Assembly: GCF_001194135.2 (NCBI RefSeq)
Contig: NC_068990.1
Span: 31,056,476 to 31,120,475 of the forward strand
Direction: 5' to 3'
Source of the DNA: Octopus bimaculoides
Taxonomy: Eukaryota
DNA length: 64,000 bases
Positions 53,233 to 61,297 of the stretch are shown piece by piece. The position numbers and the translations under genes are program-made. Each line of letters begins with the position of its first letter. Within the stretch, counting starts at the first letter, position 1. The notes beneath the pieces were generated by a model. The model saw only the letters and a program-made list of their open reading frames with translations, searched no databases and was not told the DNA's origin.

Positions 53233-55875
53233 CATAGTATATCTTTCCAAATTAAAGTTAGGGTTTATAGCACATATGTTCTGTCATTGTTGCTCTATAG
53301 AAGTGAGACATGGGTTGTTTATTGTAGGCTTTTAAGGCAAATGGAATGATGTCTTCAGTATTGTATGAAGAAAATTCTTGGAGTAAATTGGAAAATGGTG
53401 ATCAGTGATGTGGTGGTATTTGAGAGAAGTAGTAACAGGAGTGTAGAATCGATGATTCTGCAAAATTGTTTGCGGTGGGATGGAGATCTAGTGAGAGTGG
53501 TGAGAATGAATGATGAAAGACTTCCTCAGAAACTTTTGTATGGTGAGCTGGAAGATGGTAGGAAGCCAATACATAAACCCAAAATGAGGTTCAAGGACTG
53601 CCTCAGAATTGCTCTGACACAGATAGGAGTTTTTGTCATTGATTAGGGGAGAGACACAAGACCAAAATAGATGGAGGAAAAGAGTACACAGTGGTTGTTC
53701 GAAATTTCAAAGAGAGAGAATGAAGCATGAGAAGACTGAGAGAAGGCTAAGGCAAAAATGAACTTGTGGAAAATGAGGGATTGTTGCTTTTTATGTGTGT
53801 GTGATTTGTTGGAGGAAATGCTTGAGTCATGCTGGTCTGGTCAGCCATCGCAGAACTCACAGTAATCAACTGTGAGTTGATTACTTTGTAAATTGTGATA
53901 CGGCTATTGTCCACAACAGAACATGTGTTACCTGTGGAAAAGTGTGCCTTTCAGTTGGAGGATTGACAAGGCATGTCAAAAGAGTTCATACTGTGGCACC
54001 TGTTCCATCTGCCAGTCAGCACACCTGTGCATTTTGCAATTGAATGTGAAAATCTTTGGCCACGCTCAAGAGTCATACAAAGGCTTCAGACTGCATCGAT
54101 GACTTGACTTATTTCAATGATTCTTTCTAGCAATGGGTTTGCTCTTACATGAGAAAACAGCTACTATATATATATATATATCATCATCATCATCATCATC
54201 GTTTAACGTCCGCTTTCCATGCTAGCATGGGTTGGACGATTTGACTGAGGACTGGTGAAACCGGATGGCAACACCAGGCTCCAGTCCGATTTGGCAGAGT
54301 TTCTACAGCTGGATGCCCTTCCTAACGCCAACCACTCAGAGAGTGTAGTGGGTGCTTTTACGTGTCACCCGCACGAAAACGGCCACGCTCGAAATGGTGT
54401 CTTTTATGTGCCACCCGCACAAGCCAGTCCAGGGGCACTGGCAACGATCTCGCTCGAAAATCCTACAGGAGCCAGCNNNNNNNNNNNNNNNNNNNNNNNN
54501 NNNNNNNNNNNNNNNNNNNNNNNNNNNNNNNNNNNNNNNNNNNNNNNNNNNNNNNNNNNNNNNNNNNNNNNNNNNNNNNNNNNNNNNNNNNNNNNNNNNN
54601 NNNNNNNNNNNNNNNNNNNNNNNNNNNNNNNNNNNNNNNNNNNNNNNNNNNNNNNNNNNNNNNNNNNNNNNNNNNNNNNNNNNNNNNNNNNNNNNNNNNN
54701 NNNNNNNNNNNNNNNNNNNNNNNNNNNNNNNNNNNNNNNNNNNNNNNNNNNNNNNNNNNNNNNNNNNNNNNNNNNNNNNNNNNNNNNNNNNNNNNNNNNN
54801 NNNNNNNNNNNNNNNNNNNNNNNNNNNNNNNNNNNNNNNNNNNNNNNNNNNNNNNNNNNNNNNNNNNNNNNNNNNNNNNNNNNNNNNNNNNNNNNNNNNN
54901 NNNNNNNNNNNNNNNNNNNNNNNNNNNNNNNNNNNNNNNNNNNNNNNNNNNNNNNNNNNNNNNNNNNNNNNNNNNNNNNNNNNNNNNNNNNNNNNNNNNN
55001 NNNNNNNNNNNNNNNNNNNNNNNNNNNNNNNNNNNNNNNNNNNNNNNNNNNNNNNNNNNNNNNNNNNNNNNNNNNNNNNNNNNNNNNNNNNNNNNNNNNN
55101 NNNNNNNNNNNNNNNNNNNNNNNNNNNNNNNNNNNNNNNNNNNNNNNNNNNNNNNNNNNNNNNNNNNNNNNNNNNNNNNNNNNNNNNNNNNNNNNNNNNN
55201 NNNNNNNNNNNNNNNNNNNNNNNNNNNNNNNNNNNNNNNNNNNNTATATATATATATATATATATATATGAAAGTGATTTGTTTGGCAGTTTAAAAAGTT
55301 GGTTTCAACTAATAATTATAACTGTTATTTTTTTTTTTTTTGGAATATCATGCGTAATATTTCACATAACTCGCTGTTTTGGGAATCAAAAACTCCAGGT
55401 TAACCCCAGTGATATCCTGCAATACTGACTATAAACATTTGTTATATTTCATTCTCTAATTCTCTTTCCACTTCTTTTTGTAGCTGTTGGTTGTCCAAGA
55501 TACCTTTCTACACTGCTCTCTTGTCTCCCGTTGTGATCATTCTCATCATCAACCTTACCATATTTTCTCTTGTTATCTGGCGCATTGTCTCAATGCAAAG
55601 GAAGAAGAAACTTGAACACAAAATAAGAAAAGTACGGGTTTGGGGCATTGTTGGTCTCTTTTTTCTGTTGGGTCTCACATGGTTCTTAGCATTCTTTACT
55701 TTTGGTGAAGTGGCTGAAGTGTTTAAATACCTCTTTGTCATCTTCAGTACACTTCAAGGATTGTTTATCTTCATATTCTACTGCCTATACAAAAAAGATA
55801 CCAGAAATATCATCTGTATGTGTGTAAGGAGACAAAAGGAAAAGATTCTGCAGGAAGATACCAAGAACAAACCTA
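319..55875 (+). CDS. Multi-exon adhesion GPCR (ADGRG-like 7TM), 5'-partial; LRR-LRRCT-LU-SEA-like-HRM-GAIN/GPS-7TM
   Basis: 20 manually assembled exons, all AG/GT bounded with consistent phases, 2882 nt in total. Diagnostic GPS CAFW..W...[14 protein letters not shown] and family-2 7TM motifs ([31 protein letters not shown]). Confidence 0.95.
1217..1435. repeat. Representative microsatellite: (TA)n/(TACA)n. Many more (TA), (CA/TG), (GA), (TAG), (CAT) and (TTCC) tracts occur throughout.
   Basis: Read directly. These tracts explain most poly-IY, CV, SL/ER and TH ORFs in the track. Confidence 0.97.
2707..4014 (-). mobile_element. Full-length degenerate Tc1/mariner (mariner-type) DNA transposon
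   Basis: ~1.3 kb between TA-TG(A/G)GGTGCA inverted ends. Frameshifted transposase remnants: [43 protein letters not shown]. Confidence 0.9.
4176..4404 (+). mobile_element. (GAT)n-tailed retroposon 3' end (RTE 3' UTR); other copies ~6345-6628 (+) and 11030-11570, 18327-18830, 24234-24765, 47491-47790, 54181-54476 (-)
   Basis: Shared taaaagcacccactacactc..gagtggttggc.ttaggaagggcatccagc...acccatgc.agcatgga core ending in (gat)n. Confidence 0.88.
5706..5777 (+). CDS. aGPCR exon: LRR ([23 protein letters not shown])
   Basis: tttcag| ... |gtatgt; 72 nt, phase 2-2; LRR consensus. Confidence 0.9.
5932..6143 (+). mobile_element. Abundant ~210-bp SINE family; other copies ~28648-28861, 31503-31720, 47070-47285, 48195-48405, 48430-48585, 49390-49560, 49575-49790 (+) and 57622-57838 (-)
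   Basis: Shared gagctggcagaa...aatgcttag...ctgagttcaaattc...gactttgcctttcatccttt...ggccttgtgcc body across all copies. Confidence 0.85.
6630..6992. repeat. AT-rich foldback/palindrome (~145-bp arms)
   Basis: 6652-6775 is the reverse complement of 6847-6970 (centre ~6811); spacer of aattatttt repeats. Confidence 0.9.
7840..8690 (-). mobile_element. RTE-clade LINE 3' fragment (RT C-terminus plus C-terminal C2H2-like motif)
   Basis: Remnants [44 protein letters not shown]. Confidence 0.8.
8700..9084 (+). mobile_element. RTE-clade LINE fragment (pre-RT and RT domain 0-1), inverted relative to its neighbour
   Basis: Remnants [44 protein letters not shown]. Confidence 0.85.
9395..9570 (+). mobile_element. 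Short non-LTR retrotransposon fragment (R4/Dong-like RT C-terminal part)
   Basis: Frameshifted [50 protein letters not shown]. Confidence 0.6.
10166..10335 (+). CDS. aGPCR exon: last LRR + LRRCT cap ([14 protein letters not shown]...SHC...SCQ)
   Basis: ttacag| ... |gtaagc; 170 nt, phase 2-1; N..xCxCxL cap motif. Confidence 0.9.
10827..10918 (+). CDS. aGPCR exon: LU/three-finger domain N-half ([30 protein letters not shown])
   Basis: ttttgcag| ... |gtaaac; 92 nt, phase 1-0; LxCxxC start motif. Confidence 0.85.
11945..12965 (-). mobile_element. RTE-like LINE, RT 3' half with a Cys-rich PHD-like insert
   Basis: LLYADDL-like motif, [12 protein letters not shown], Cys-rich insert, [28 protein letters not shown]. 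Confidence 0.9.
13863..14046 (+). CDS. aGPCR exon: LU/three-finger domain C-half (PFCMSR...[16 protein letters not shown])
   Basis: ggcag| ... |gtaagt; 184 nt, phase 0-1; CCxxxxCN terminal motif. Confidence 0.9.
15191..15303 (+). CDS. aGPCR exon: SEA-like part 1 ([37 protein letters not shown])
   Basis: cttttcatag| ... |gtgagt; 113 nt, phase 1-0, bridges the required phases. Confidence 0.8.
16268..16690 (+). mobile_element. SINE with internal microsatellite; head also at ~9193-9345, tails at ~1921-2110 and ~27192-27378
   Basis: Head gtgtggtaagaag...ggttcagtccc...caagtgtcttctgctatagcc, internal (TA)n, tail ...gctccagcatggcc.cagtcaaatga.tgaaac.agtaaa. Confidence 0.8.
17090..17900 (+). mobile_element. 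LINE AP-endonuclease relic (RTE-like)
   Basis: [33 protein letters not shown] in shifting frames. Confidence 0.8.
19240..19298 (+). CDS. aGPCR exon: SEA-like part 2 ([19 protein letters not shown])
   Basis: tattcag| ... |gtaagc; 59 nt, phase 0-2; the only candidate I found that links the 15303 and 21027 phases. Confidence 0.7.
20184..20566 (+). mobile_element. tRNA-derived SINE with target-site duplication
   Basis: A box TGGCCCAGTGG, B box GTTTCGATTCC; TSD aattgtcactgga (20171-83) / aatcgtcactgga (20565-77). Confidence 0.88.
21027..21172 (+). CDS. aGPCR exon: SEA-like part 3 ([48 protein letters not shown])
   Basis: tgtttcag| ... |gtgagt; 146 nt, phase 2-1; the other two frames are closed. 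Confidence 0.8.
21836..23200 (-). mobile_element. Penelope-like element relic (RT + GIY-YIG endonuclease)
   Basis: [22 protein letters not shown]...LPFLE, and NLIYVIK.NGC.EDYAGQT..TLRMR. Confidence 0.88.
24753..24882 (+). CDS. aGPCR exon: HormR/HRM N-half ([42 protein letters not shown])
   Basis: ccccaacag| ... |gtatgt; 130 nt, phase 1-2; C...W..T..G....PC....A.R.C motif. The 5' boundary is less certain because it abuts a repeat. Confidence 0.85.
25037..25203 (+). repeat. Degenerate 27-bp minisatellite (~6 units)
   Basis: Units resemble agagaatgctg(c/t)atggtagagattgtg. Confidence 0.75.
25600..26012 (-). mobile_element. tRNA-derived SINE sharing its 3' domain with the 20184 SINE
   Basis: Head GGTGCGTGGCTCAGTGGTTAG; 3' block aggggccagcctcg...gtctgtggagtactcagccacttgc aligns with 20398-20495. 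Confidence 0.75.
27982..28027 (-). ncRNA. Minimal type I hammerhead ribozyme motif (left arm)
   Basis: Reverse complement reads gacac-CTGATGA-a-ggctggcgggtatatcagcc-GAAA-cttt-gtgtt; stem III has G>T relative to AACGTT. Confidence 0.75.
28348..28393 (+). ncRNA. Minimal type I hammerhead ribozyme motif (right arm)
   Basis: gacac-CTGATGA-a-ggctg(g)...(t)cagcc-GAAA-tgtt-gtgtt: stem I gacac/gtgtt, stem II ggctg/cagcc; stem III is a near-palindrome with C>T relative to AACGTT. Confidence 0.75.
28984..29150. repeat. Imperfect ~80-bp-arm inverted repeat
   Basis: ttttgcttcagcat...gacctgtttac.aacaaaact / agttttgtcaagtgaacaggtc...atgttgaagcaaaa. Confidence 0.8.
29340..30745 (+). mobile_element. Gypsy/Ty3 LTR retrotransposon pol relic (RNase H + integrase)
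   Basis: FIDHKPL, HGLSHPG...[39 protein letters not shown]; frameshifted. Confidence 0.92.
31745..31890 (+). CDS. aGPCR exon: HRM C-half and GAIN start ([48 protein letters not shown])
   Basis: tttttttcgaag| ... |gtgagt; 146 nt, phase 2-1; WGEPNISEC motif. Confidence 0.9.
33017..33248 (+). CDS. aGPCR exon: GAIN subdomain A ([14 protein letters not shown]...[10 protein letters not shown])
   Basis: ttccag| ... |gtaaaa; 232 nt, phase 1-2. Confidence 0.9.
33770..35539 (+). mobile_element. hAT-like DNA transposon relic
   Basis: [17 protein letters not shown] (CxxH), [14 protein letters not shown]; right end reads CAGGGG-type on the minus strand (acaacccctg). I did not find the left TIR. Confidence 0.8.
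34344..34550 (-). mobile_element. SINE (GGCGAGCTGGCAGAA family) nested in the hAT transposase
   Basis: Interrupts ...LQDNP|KLIDYLL...; imperfect TSD aagataatcca / aaggttatcca. Confidence 0.85.
36580..36751 (+). CDS. aGPCR exon: GAIN ([14 protein letters not shown]...GKEARNM)
   Basis: ttctcatag| ... |gtaaat; 172 nt, phase 2-0. Confidence 0.9.
37858..38016 (+). CDS. aGPCR exon: GAIN subdomain B (VYNSSY...FISLPKSLF...[13 protein letters not shown])
   Basis: ctttgccag| ... |gtatgt; 159 nt, phase 0-0; I.LP.SLF and N.KLF motifs. Confidence 0.92.
38877..39530 (-). mobile_element. RTE LINE 3' fragment joined to the (GAT)n-tailed 3' UTR
   Basis: [25 protein letters not shown] followed directly by the common 3' repeat core; homologous to 11945-12490. 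Confidence 0.85.
40700..40828 (+). CDS. aGPCR exon: GAIN (VIEKFD...[10 protein letters not shown]...[12 protein letters not shown])
   Basis: ctttgcag| ... |gtaata; 129 nt, phase 0-0; NS.II.A and NL.DPV.I.F motifs. Confidence 0.92.
41382..42590 (-). mobile_element. Solo LTR (contains an N-gap)
   Basis: TGTA...TACA termini and 4-bp TSD ATAT (41378-81 / 42591-94). On the minus strand: CACGTG x2, CCAAT, TTAAATA, later AATAAA. CpG-rich compared with the flanks. Confidence 0.75.
41409..41481 (+). repeat. Tandem duplication of a ~36-bp unit inside the solo LTR
   Basis: ggagaaatggtgacgaatggaaaaa(a)cagaggactc x2. Confidence 0.9.
45005..45154 (+). CDS. aGPCR exon: GPS motif and Stachel ([12 protein letters not shown]...WSTKGC...[13 protein letters not shown])
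   Basis: ttttcag| ... |gttggt; 150 nt, phase 0-0; canonical GPS. Confidence 0.97.
46023..46144 (+). CDS. aGPCR exon: TM1 (DVYQNEE...[26 protein letters not shown])
   Basis: gttgcag| ... |gtaagt; 122 nt, phase 0-2; IS.IGCGIS motif. Confidence 0.95.
48673..48796 (+). CDS. aGPCR exon: TM2 ([28 protein letters not shown]...VCK)
   Basis: tatttcag| ... |gtgagt; 124 nt, phase 2-0; KIL.NLC..L...NL.FL motif. Confidence 0.95.
49943..50087 (+). CDS. aGPCR exon: TM3-ICL2 ([23 protein letters not shown]...ILAW)
   Basis: gttttag| ... |gtatgt; 145 nt, phase 0-1. Confidence 0.95.
51574..51646 (+). CDS. aGPCR exon: TM4-ECL2 ([23 protein letters not shown])
   Basis: ttgccag| ... |gtaagt; 73 nt, phase 1-2; WGLPAIIV across the junction. 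Confidence 0.93.
53234..53995 (+). mobile_element. RTE-clade LINE 3' fragment with two C2H2-like fingers
   Basis: [42 protein letters not shown]; C..C....[12 protein letters not shown] and C..C......[11 protein letters not shown]. Confidence 0.85.
55484..55875 (+). CDS. aGPCR exon: TM5-TM7 and proximal C-tail (CWLSKIPFY...[11 protein letters not shown]...KNKP)
   Basis: ctttttgtag|; probable donor a|gtaagt at 55876; 392 nt. Unspliced, the frame runs on to a stop at 56201. Confidence 0.92.
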
Positions 55876-56822
55876 GTAAGTCCAATTTGAGCCATTTTAT
55901 TCATACTACTACCACAGCCAGCACAAGCATTGTTATAATCAGGATAATCACAAATAACACTTTAAGCATCACGCAACTATTGGGCATTGTCATAAAAGTC
56001 ACCTCCATCACTGCTGCCTTTTTGTCATTATCATCATCACCTTCATCACCCCCCCCCCCACTTCCATCATCATCATACCACCACCACAATACACACACAC
56101 ACACACACACTTATTATAAAACAAAACACAAACTGTATCTCCCGGCCATATGCTACAAAAATACCAAAACTAAAAAGCCATTTATCAATAACACACCATA
56201 AGAGTGCAAACCTGAGAACAAACTACTGATGACCAATGTAATCTACAAATTTAATCGTAAAATTGTGAGCATTAACCTTCAGGATTTGAGCTGTTATATT
56301 AGCCATACTAGTACAATATTCTAATAGGCTCACCATGCATTTAGAACTAGGAGTTATTGCAATATGCTGTACCACACCACACAAATATAATAATAAGGAA
56401 CTTATTGTGTACAGTGCTCAGGTGCACTACAACTCATCAGAAAAGTAACTAAAACTGCACAAACAGTATATAGAATTTTCACAGGAAGTAAACAGTGAAT
56501 AGGTCTTTAAAGAAAAAAATGGGAGGGGAGGGGCATCAGGTTTACTGTTGACGAATTTCAGGAAGCATGGATGTTTTGAAGGATATACGTATATATATAC
56601 ACGCACACACATATGCATACATACATGCACACACACACATACATGTAATAAACATTGACACACTTCAATCAAACTCTCATTCAGAGTCCAATGGCCAAAG
56701 ACTAGCGACATACTTGAAACTCAGAGTACCAAGGAGTTTTAATCAAATTGATTTTGACCCACATATATACATGTGTATATGTGCATGTGTGTGTGTTTGT
56801 ATACATATATATGTACATGTAT

Positions 56823-56863
<41 letters not shown>

Positions 56864-57849
56864 NNNNNNNNNNNNNNNNNNNNNNNNNNNNNNNNNNNNN
56901 NNNNNNNNNNNNNNNNNNNNNNNNNNNNNNNNNNNNNNNNNNNNNNNNNNNNNNNNNNNNNNNNNNNNNNNNNNNNNNNNNNNNNNNNNNNNNNNNNNNN
57001 NNNNNNNNNNNNNNNNNNNNNNNNNNNNNNNNNNNNNNNNNNNNNNNNNNNNNNNNNNNNNNNNNNNNNNNNNNNNNNNNNNNNNNNNNNNNNNNNNNNN
57101 NNNNNNNNNNNNNNNNNNNNNNNNNNNNNNNNNNNNNNNNNNNNNNNNNNNNNNNNNNNNNNNNNNNNNNNNNNNNNNNNNNNNNNNNNNNNNNNNNNNN
57201 NNNNNNNNNNNNNNNNNNNNNNNNNNNNNNNNNNNNNNNNNNNNNNNNNNNNNNNNNNNNNNNNNNNNNNNNNNNNNNNNNNNNNNNNNNNNNNNNNNNN
57301 NNNNNNNNNNNNNNNNNNNNNNNNNNNNNNNNNNNNNNNNNNNNNNNNNNNNNNNNNNNNNNNNNNNNNNNNNNNNNNNNNNNNNNNNNNNNNNNNNNNN
57401 NCTAATTCTTGTCGTCTGAGGATTGCCTACGAACATTAAACTCTGGCTAGTGAAATATAAATGGTCGAGTTACACAAGTTTTTTCCAACCTACTGCAAAG
57501 TTAACTGTAAGGTTATTTTGTAAGATACGATCTCCAAAACCCAATACCTCCATATATTTTGAAGGGAATCGAATAAAATACGCAAAATTAAATTAAAATC
57601 TAAGGAAAGGAAATGGAATAGATATTCTTTTCTACACTAGGCACAAGGCCCGAAATTTGGGGGGAGGGGGCCAGTCGATTAGACCGACTCCAGTACACAA
57701 CTGGTACTTAATTTATCGACTCCGAAAGGATGAAAGGCAAAGTCGACCTCGGTGGAATTTGAACTCATAACGTAAAGACAGACTTACCACTCAGCATTTC
57801 GCCTGGCATGCTAACGTTTCTGCCAGCTCACCACCTTGAAATGGAATAG

Positions 57850-58760
57850 ATATTAAAAAGTTCTTCGAATGTTCAACTTGTAACAGATTTTGTCTCTCTA
57901 AGTCTGAGATTGTTACACATTGGAGGGTACTTGTACCAAAGCAACCTAATAATAAATCATTGGCATCTGAGTGAACACGTGACTGCCAATCATGCAACTA
58001 AATGAGGGAAAATTTGACCTGATGCATTTTGGAAGAAAGACTATACTAAAACAGCCATACTCTCTTCCTTCAGAGGAACCGCTCACAGCATCTAATATCA
58101 GAGACCTAGGTGTAATTGTTAATAACAATCTCAGTTGGAGTGCCCACATCAACAATAAGGTCGATATAGCTCGTAGGATGAGCTCCTGCATCTTAAGAAC
58201 AAAGTGTCATCATTCCACTTTTCTCCTCCTTTGTACGGCCATGCCTCGAATACTGCTGCCCCTGTGGTCTCCCCATACAAAACAAAACATCTCGAAAATT
58301 GAATCACCCCAGAGTGCACTCACTAAACGAATTGATGGCATGACTGATCTTGATTACTGGGACCGCCTTAAAGCTTTGAAACTCTACTCTCTCCAGCGCC
58401 ACTGCGAGCGGTACATCATTTGCACAATGGGGAGAATATACCGCCAGCATTGCCCAAACGACCTTGAACATTAGTTTCAAGGTTCATCCATGACTGGGAC
58501 CACAGGTTATACGTCCCCTGCCCAATTCAGGATCACAACATATAGGTATACTGTGACATAATATCTTTTTCTCAACAGGCCCTGCCCTGTTTAACATTGT
58601 CCCAAAAGAGATCAAAGAGGGAAAGGATCCCATCACCTTTAAACTAAGTCTGGACAGATTTCTTCAAGGAATATCGGATAAGCCACCCATACCTGGATAC
58701 AACTCACTCAACAAGAACTCACTACTTGAATGGACCATAAACAAAACTTGACTTAAAAAG
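57850..58760 (+). mobile_element. CR1/Jockey-group LINE 3' fragment
   Basis: MQLNEGKF, RDLGVIVNNNLSWSAHI, PLWSPH, LDYWDRLKALKLYSLQR. Confidence 0.88.
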
Positions 58761-58856
58761 GGTTTAGATAATCTTATGTTTCAATCTTTGGCTGAAACAT
58801 ATCTAAGTTTATATCACACACACACACAAACACACGTCCATATATATGTGTGTGTG

Positions 58857-58896
<40 letters not shown>

Positions 58897-60368
58897 TAGA
58901 GGGAGGGAGAGAGAGAGAGAGAGGGAGAGAGAGAGGGGGGAGAGAGAGATACTACATGTACTTACATTCTTGACGCCTAAGATCTACAAAGTTCGTTTTA
59001 CGTAAAGTTACCCTGTTGCCTCAGGAAATATTCCTCAAACTTACCAATATTTTTAATATAGTCCCAGTAATTAAATTCTGTGTCATAAGTTTGTGTGACT
59101 ACTGTTTTGTATATAAACTGTACCATCTATAATTGTTTTCATAAGTGGTATCTTTTAATTTGTGAGAAAAGAGTGAATTATGGTTGTTAGGATTATATAT
59201 AAAGTGTAAGGTACAGAGATTTCTGAGTTTAACATATTAATATATATTTTTCTCATTGCTTCCAGGTTCAAGTTCTGTTAATGAAACAAAAGGTACATCT
59301 GAAATGACCTTATCCACCAAAATTGACCAGTAATTATCTTTAATCATATTTTTATTCACATAACTAAATTTTCTTTTTATGTACTTCCATATAGAGATCT
59401 TTATTACTAAATATATGTTATGCAACTGTGACTATCATCTACAATAAACTTAAGCAAGTTTCTGTGCCCTACTGATTGTTTAAAACACAGAAAGCATGAA
59501 CATTTTATTTGATCTGAAACTTTCATATTTTCTAACTGCCATTTTCCCTATAAACTCATATGATTGAAAATTTCTGAATAAAAAATTAAATCCTCCAGTT
59601 TGTTACAACAATCTATTTTCTTACTGAAATGCTGTAATACTGTCTCTCCATGAAGTATTTGGAAGCCATGCAAATGTACTGGTTCACTAAAAATGTAAAA
59701 CCTTGCAAGACATAAATATTTAACTGATTATATTCATAATCATTTAGCTAAAGGCTATCACCAAATTTTCCACCTGCCATTGTCTTATTTAATCCAGCAA
59801 GTAACATTTTACATTCCAATTAGAGAAGTGTATATATTCCTGTCTATTATTCATTCACATCTATCTTTCTTCAACTCACAAATGCACATGCATTCACATA
59901 TACATACAAACAAACATTCATCTGTGAATTTATGCATGTATGTATATATACATGCATCCATGCATTAAAAAAAAGTTTATTTCTCTCACAAACCTACAAG
60001 CTCATTAGGCTGGAACTTATTCTGGTTTCCAAGGCATTTAAGCAACTGAGTGCACTGAATGGAATGCCAATTTGTCGAGGTCAACCCTAGCTGTTGATGG
60101 TGCATACTCGTAGTTAAGTGATCTGGAACAATATGAAATGAAGTGTCTTACTTAAAATGAGAATACATGCTTCGTCTAGAAATTGAGTGTTTGATCTTAG
60201 AATCCTGATCCAAGTCAATAGACCTAATCAATTGACAAAGTGCCTTTATCTGTGTGGGGTGCATGTGCACAAGCAGATGTATTATTCCTCATAGCTCAGA
60301 CCATTTCAGATCCTAGCTCTCCCCTACTAGCTGAACTACTGCCACCCTCTTTGATCATATGTTCTGCT

Positions 60369-60730
60369 TTATGCTGTTGAGAGAATTAATCCTGAGTTTT
60401 CACAGATCCAGAAGGTCCAACACTTAAGCTGTTGACCATGTGATCTAGGGTTTCGGAATTTCTTACAAGATGTTTGTGCTACACAACTATTCTGTAATTT
60501 TCTTATTACATGGTCAAACCATTTCGGTCTCTTCCTTTTCATTACTGCAGTAATGATGTACATATGTGGAGGATGTCAAATGTAATACCAGCAGGTGTAC
60601 CAAAGAAACCAGCAATAGGAGACATTCAAATCTGTACCACTGCCAGAATTACCATGAGCAACTGTCAAAGCCAATTTGCTTCAGTACAAGGTCTTTCAGT
60701 TTTTCATACATGTAGACTACCACAATGAAT
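60369..60730 (-). mobile_element. RTE-like LINE fragment
   Basis: AVMKRKRPKWFDHVIRK resembles the RTE LRWFGHV.R motif. Confidence 0.55.
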
Positions 60731-60799
60731 TCATTGAGTTTAGTAAGCTCTCATACACAACAGAATAAAGTCATAAAGTACGGTAAATATCAATTTGTA

Positions 60800-61080
60800 A
60801 AAGTTAGAATTCCAATTAAACTCATGACAGACAATGGGGTGGAAATTTAGCAAGTCATTTATTCAAAGAATTCTCTTACATTTGGCAAATTGAGCACCAG
60901 ACTTCCAACCTCACATAATGACAATCTCATGGCATATGAAAGCTGTCAGACACTTGGATCCTCACTTAGAATATAGGATTATAGTTTTCTACCTGTAAAT
61001 ATGGCCGAAAGAATTGGCAAAAGGTGTCATACTGAGAATGCCCAAAAGGATTGCTAAAATACGTTTTATTGTGAGTCAGA
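60800..61080 (+). pseudogene. Possible degenerate DDE integrase/transposase relic
   Basis: IPIKLMTDNGVEI* resembles the TDNGxEF integrase core; stops and frameshifts follow. Confidence 0.4.
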
Positions 61081-61297
61081 AAAGTTACCAATGAAACAGA
61101 AAGATCTATTAGCTGATGAAACAGAAGTACTTCTACCCTACAACTCAGACTTAATAGACAGTAGTATTGAAGAGTTTAACAATGTTCTTGACCTTAGTAA
61201 TAATGGTCCACTAATAAATACTAATAAGAGAGGCAATACGTCACCACAGACACTAAACCAGATAACAAAATCCAACGTTAATGACTATCTAGCATGA
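61080..61297 (+). CDS. Candidate terminal exon of the aGPCR (KLPMKQKDLLADETEVLLPY...NDYLA*)
   Basis: gagtcag| gives a phase-1 start matching the 55875 donor; open to TGA; AATAAA at 61626. The acceptor is weak and the ORF may instead be a transposon relic. Confidence 0.3.

Noticed and set aside
55828-55833. Alternative donor gtaagg in the TM7/helix-8 exon
   Set aside because: It is weaker than a|gtaagt at 55876 and the coding-like sequence continues past it.
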